64,000 bases of DNA from Eledone cirrhosa (taxonomy: Eukaryota): assembly GCA_964016885.1 (NCBI GenBank), contig OZ024759.1:20274001-20338000 (forward strand), read 5' to 3'. This document shows, piece after piece, positions 62,451-64,000 of this stretch. Below the pieces are notes generated by a model, which was not told the DNA's origin, ran no database searches, and saw only the letters and a list, made by a program, of their open reading frames with translations. The translations under genes were made by a program, and so were the position numbers. Position 1 is the first letter of the stretch, and the number at the start of each line of letters is the position of its first letter.

Positions 62451-62524
<74 letters not shown>

Positions 62525-62615
62525 GTATATATATATATATGTATATATATGTATATATATATATGTATATATATATATATGTATATATATGTATATATAT
62601 ATATATATATGTATA

Positions 62616-62666
<51 letters not shown>

Positions 62667-63271
62667 GTATATATATGTATATATATATATATGTATATAT
62701 ATAAATAAATATATATATATGTATAAATTATATATATATGTATGTATATATATAAATAAATATATATATTATATATATAAATAAATATATATGTATATAT
62801 ATGTATATATATGTATATATATATATATGTATATATATAAATAAATATATATATATGTATAAATTATATATATATGTATGTATATATATAAATAAATATA
62901 TATATTATATATATAAATAAATATATATGTATATATATGTATATATATGTATATATATATATATGTATATATATAAATAAATATATATATATGTATAAAT
63001 TATATATATATGTATGTATATATATAAATAAATATATATATTATATATATAAATAAATATATATATATACATGTATATAAATAAATAAATATATATATAT
63101 GTATATATATAAATAAATATATATATATATATACATGTATATAAATAAATATATATATATATATACATGTATATAAATAAATATATATATATATATACAT
63201 GTATATAAATAAATATATATATATATACATATATATACATAAATAAATATATATATATATATAAATAAATA

Positions 63272-63314
<43 letters not shown>

Positions 63315-63354
63315 TTAACAATACTCAGGGTATTATTACACAACGAAACTGAAG

Positions 63355-63764
63355 TTAACTCTTTAGCATCTAAACCAGCCATATCCGGCCAGAATTCTCT
63401 TTCCACTTCCTGTTCAAACCGGCTGTAGCCGGCTGCTCATCCTTTTTAAGCTATTGTTCTCAAAATAAATAATTGTTTCTACTTTTGGCACAAGACCACC
63501 AATCACCCAGTGCATTACTGGTACTTTATTTTATCGACCCCGTAAGGATGAAAGGCAAAGTTAACCTCGGCGGGATTTGAACTCAGATTGGAAAGGGTCG
63601 TAACTCTATGTGTCAAAGCATGGCGTCCGACCCTCTACCGATAGTGTCAAAATAAATAATACCAAGATCTTATGGATTCTATATTATGTGGGATAATTAT
63701 GTTGGATAAAACCTTTACCACAAAATTACAATAGTAAATATAGTAAATATAGCTAAAGAGTTAA
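63355..63764 (+). mobile_element. TTAA MITE interrupted by a family-1 SINE (63474-63646, minus)
   Basis: TTAACTCTTTAGCAT...GCTAAAGAGTTAA; SINE TSD TCAAAATAAATAAT at 63460-63473 and 63647-63660. Confidence 0.85.
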
Positions 63765-64000
63765 AGTCGTGCTGGTGATCTACATGATAAAAGCACCCTG
63801 TACATGCTGTAATGTGGTTGGTGTTAGGAAGGGCATCTATCTGTAGAAAGTATTGACAAATAGGAACTTATTAAGAGGATGGGATCACCTGCTCTGTGTA
63901 ATCTCAGAACATGAAAACCTGTCTGGCATTGCCTTAAGTCCTTCAGCAAGGCACTTTATCTCACATTCTTTCTGCCAGGCATTGTGACTAGTAGATAGTA

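Overview
Eukaryotic, AT-rich and extremely repeat-dense DNA: long (TA)n/(CA)n/(GGT)n tracts, tRNA-derived SINEs, RTE/CR1/CRE/R4 LINE remnants and hAT/mariner/TTAA MITEs. The repeat spectrum looks like a coleoid cephalopod (octopus-type) genome; that is an inference. I found no intact protein-coding gene, and nearly all long ORFs are microsatellite or tandem-repeat artefacts. Main observations: (1) at least seven Penelope-type minimal type-I hammerhead ribozyme motifs, one apparently intact (21575-21644, minus). (2) A cluster of CRE-clade (RLE endonuclease) retrotransposon 3' ends, whose 3' UTR and coding end gave rise to 40-bp and 73-bp minisatellites, including two inverted ~1-kb arrays; the unamplified monomer is still visible at 16.6 kb. 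(3) Further TE pieces converted into tandem arrays (88, 112, 48 and in-frame 123 bp). (4) A triple self-nested TTAA MITE. (5) A CpG/YY1 promoter-like patch at 23.1 kb, followed by a locally triplicated decayed coding-like segment and a shift to CpG-decayed repeat copies downstream, suggesting the right part is intronic gene body. All alignments, counts and folds were done by eye, so coordinates are approximate to a few bases unless TSDs are quoted.
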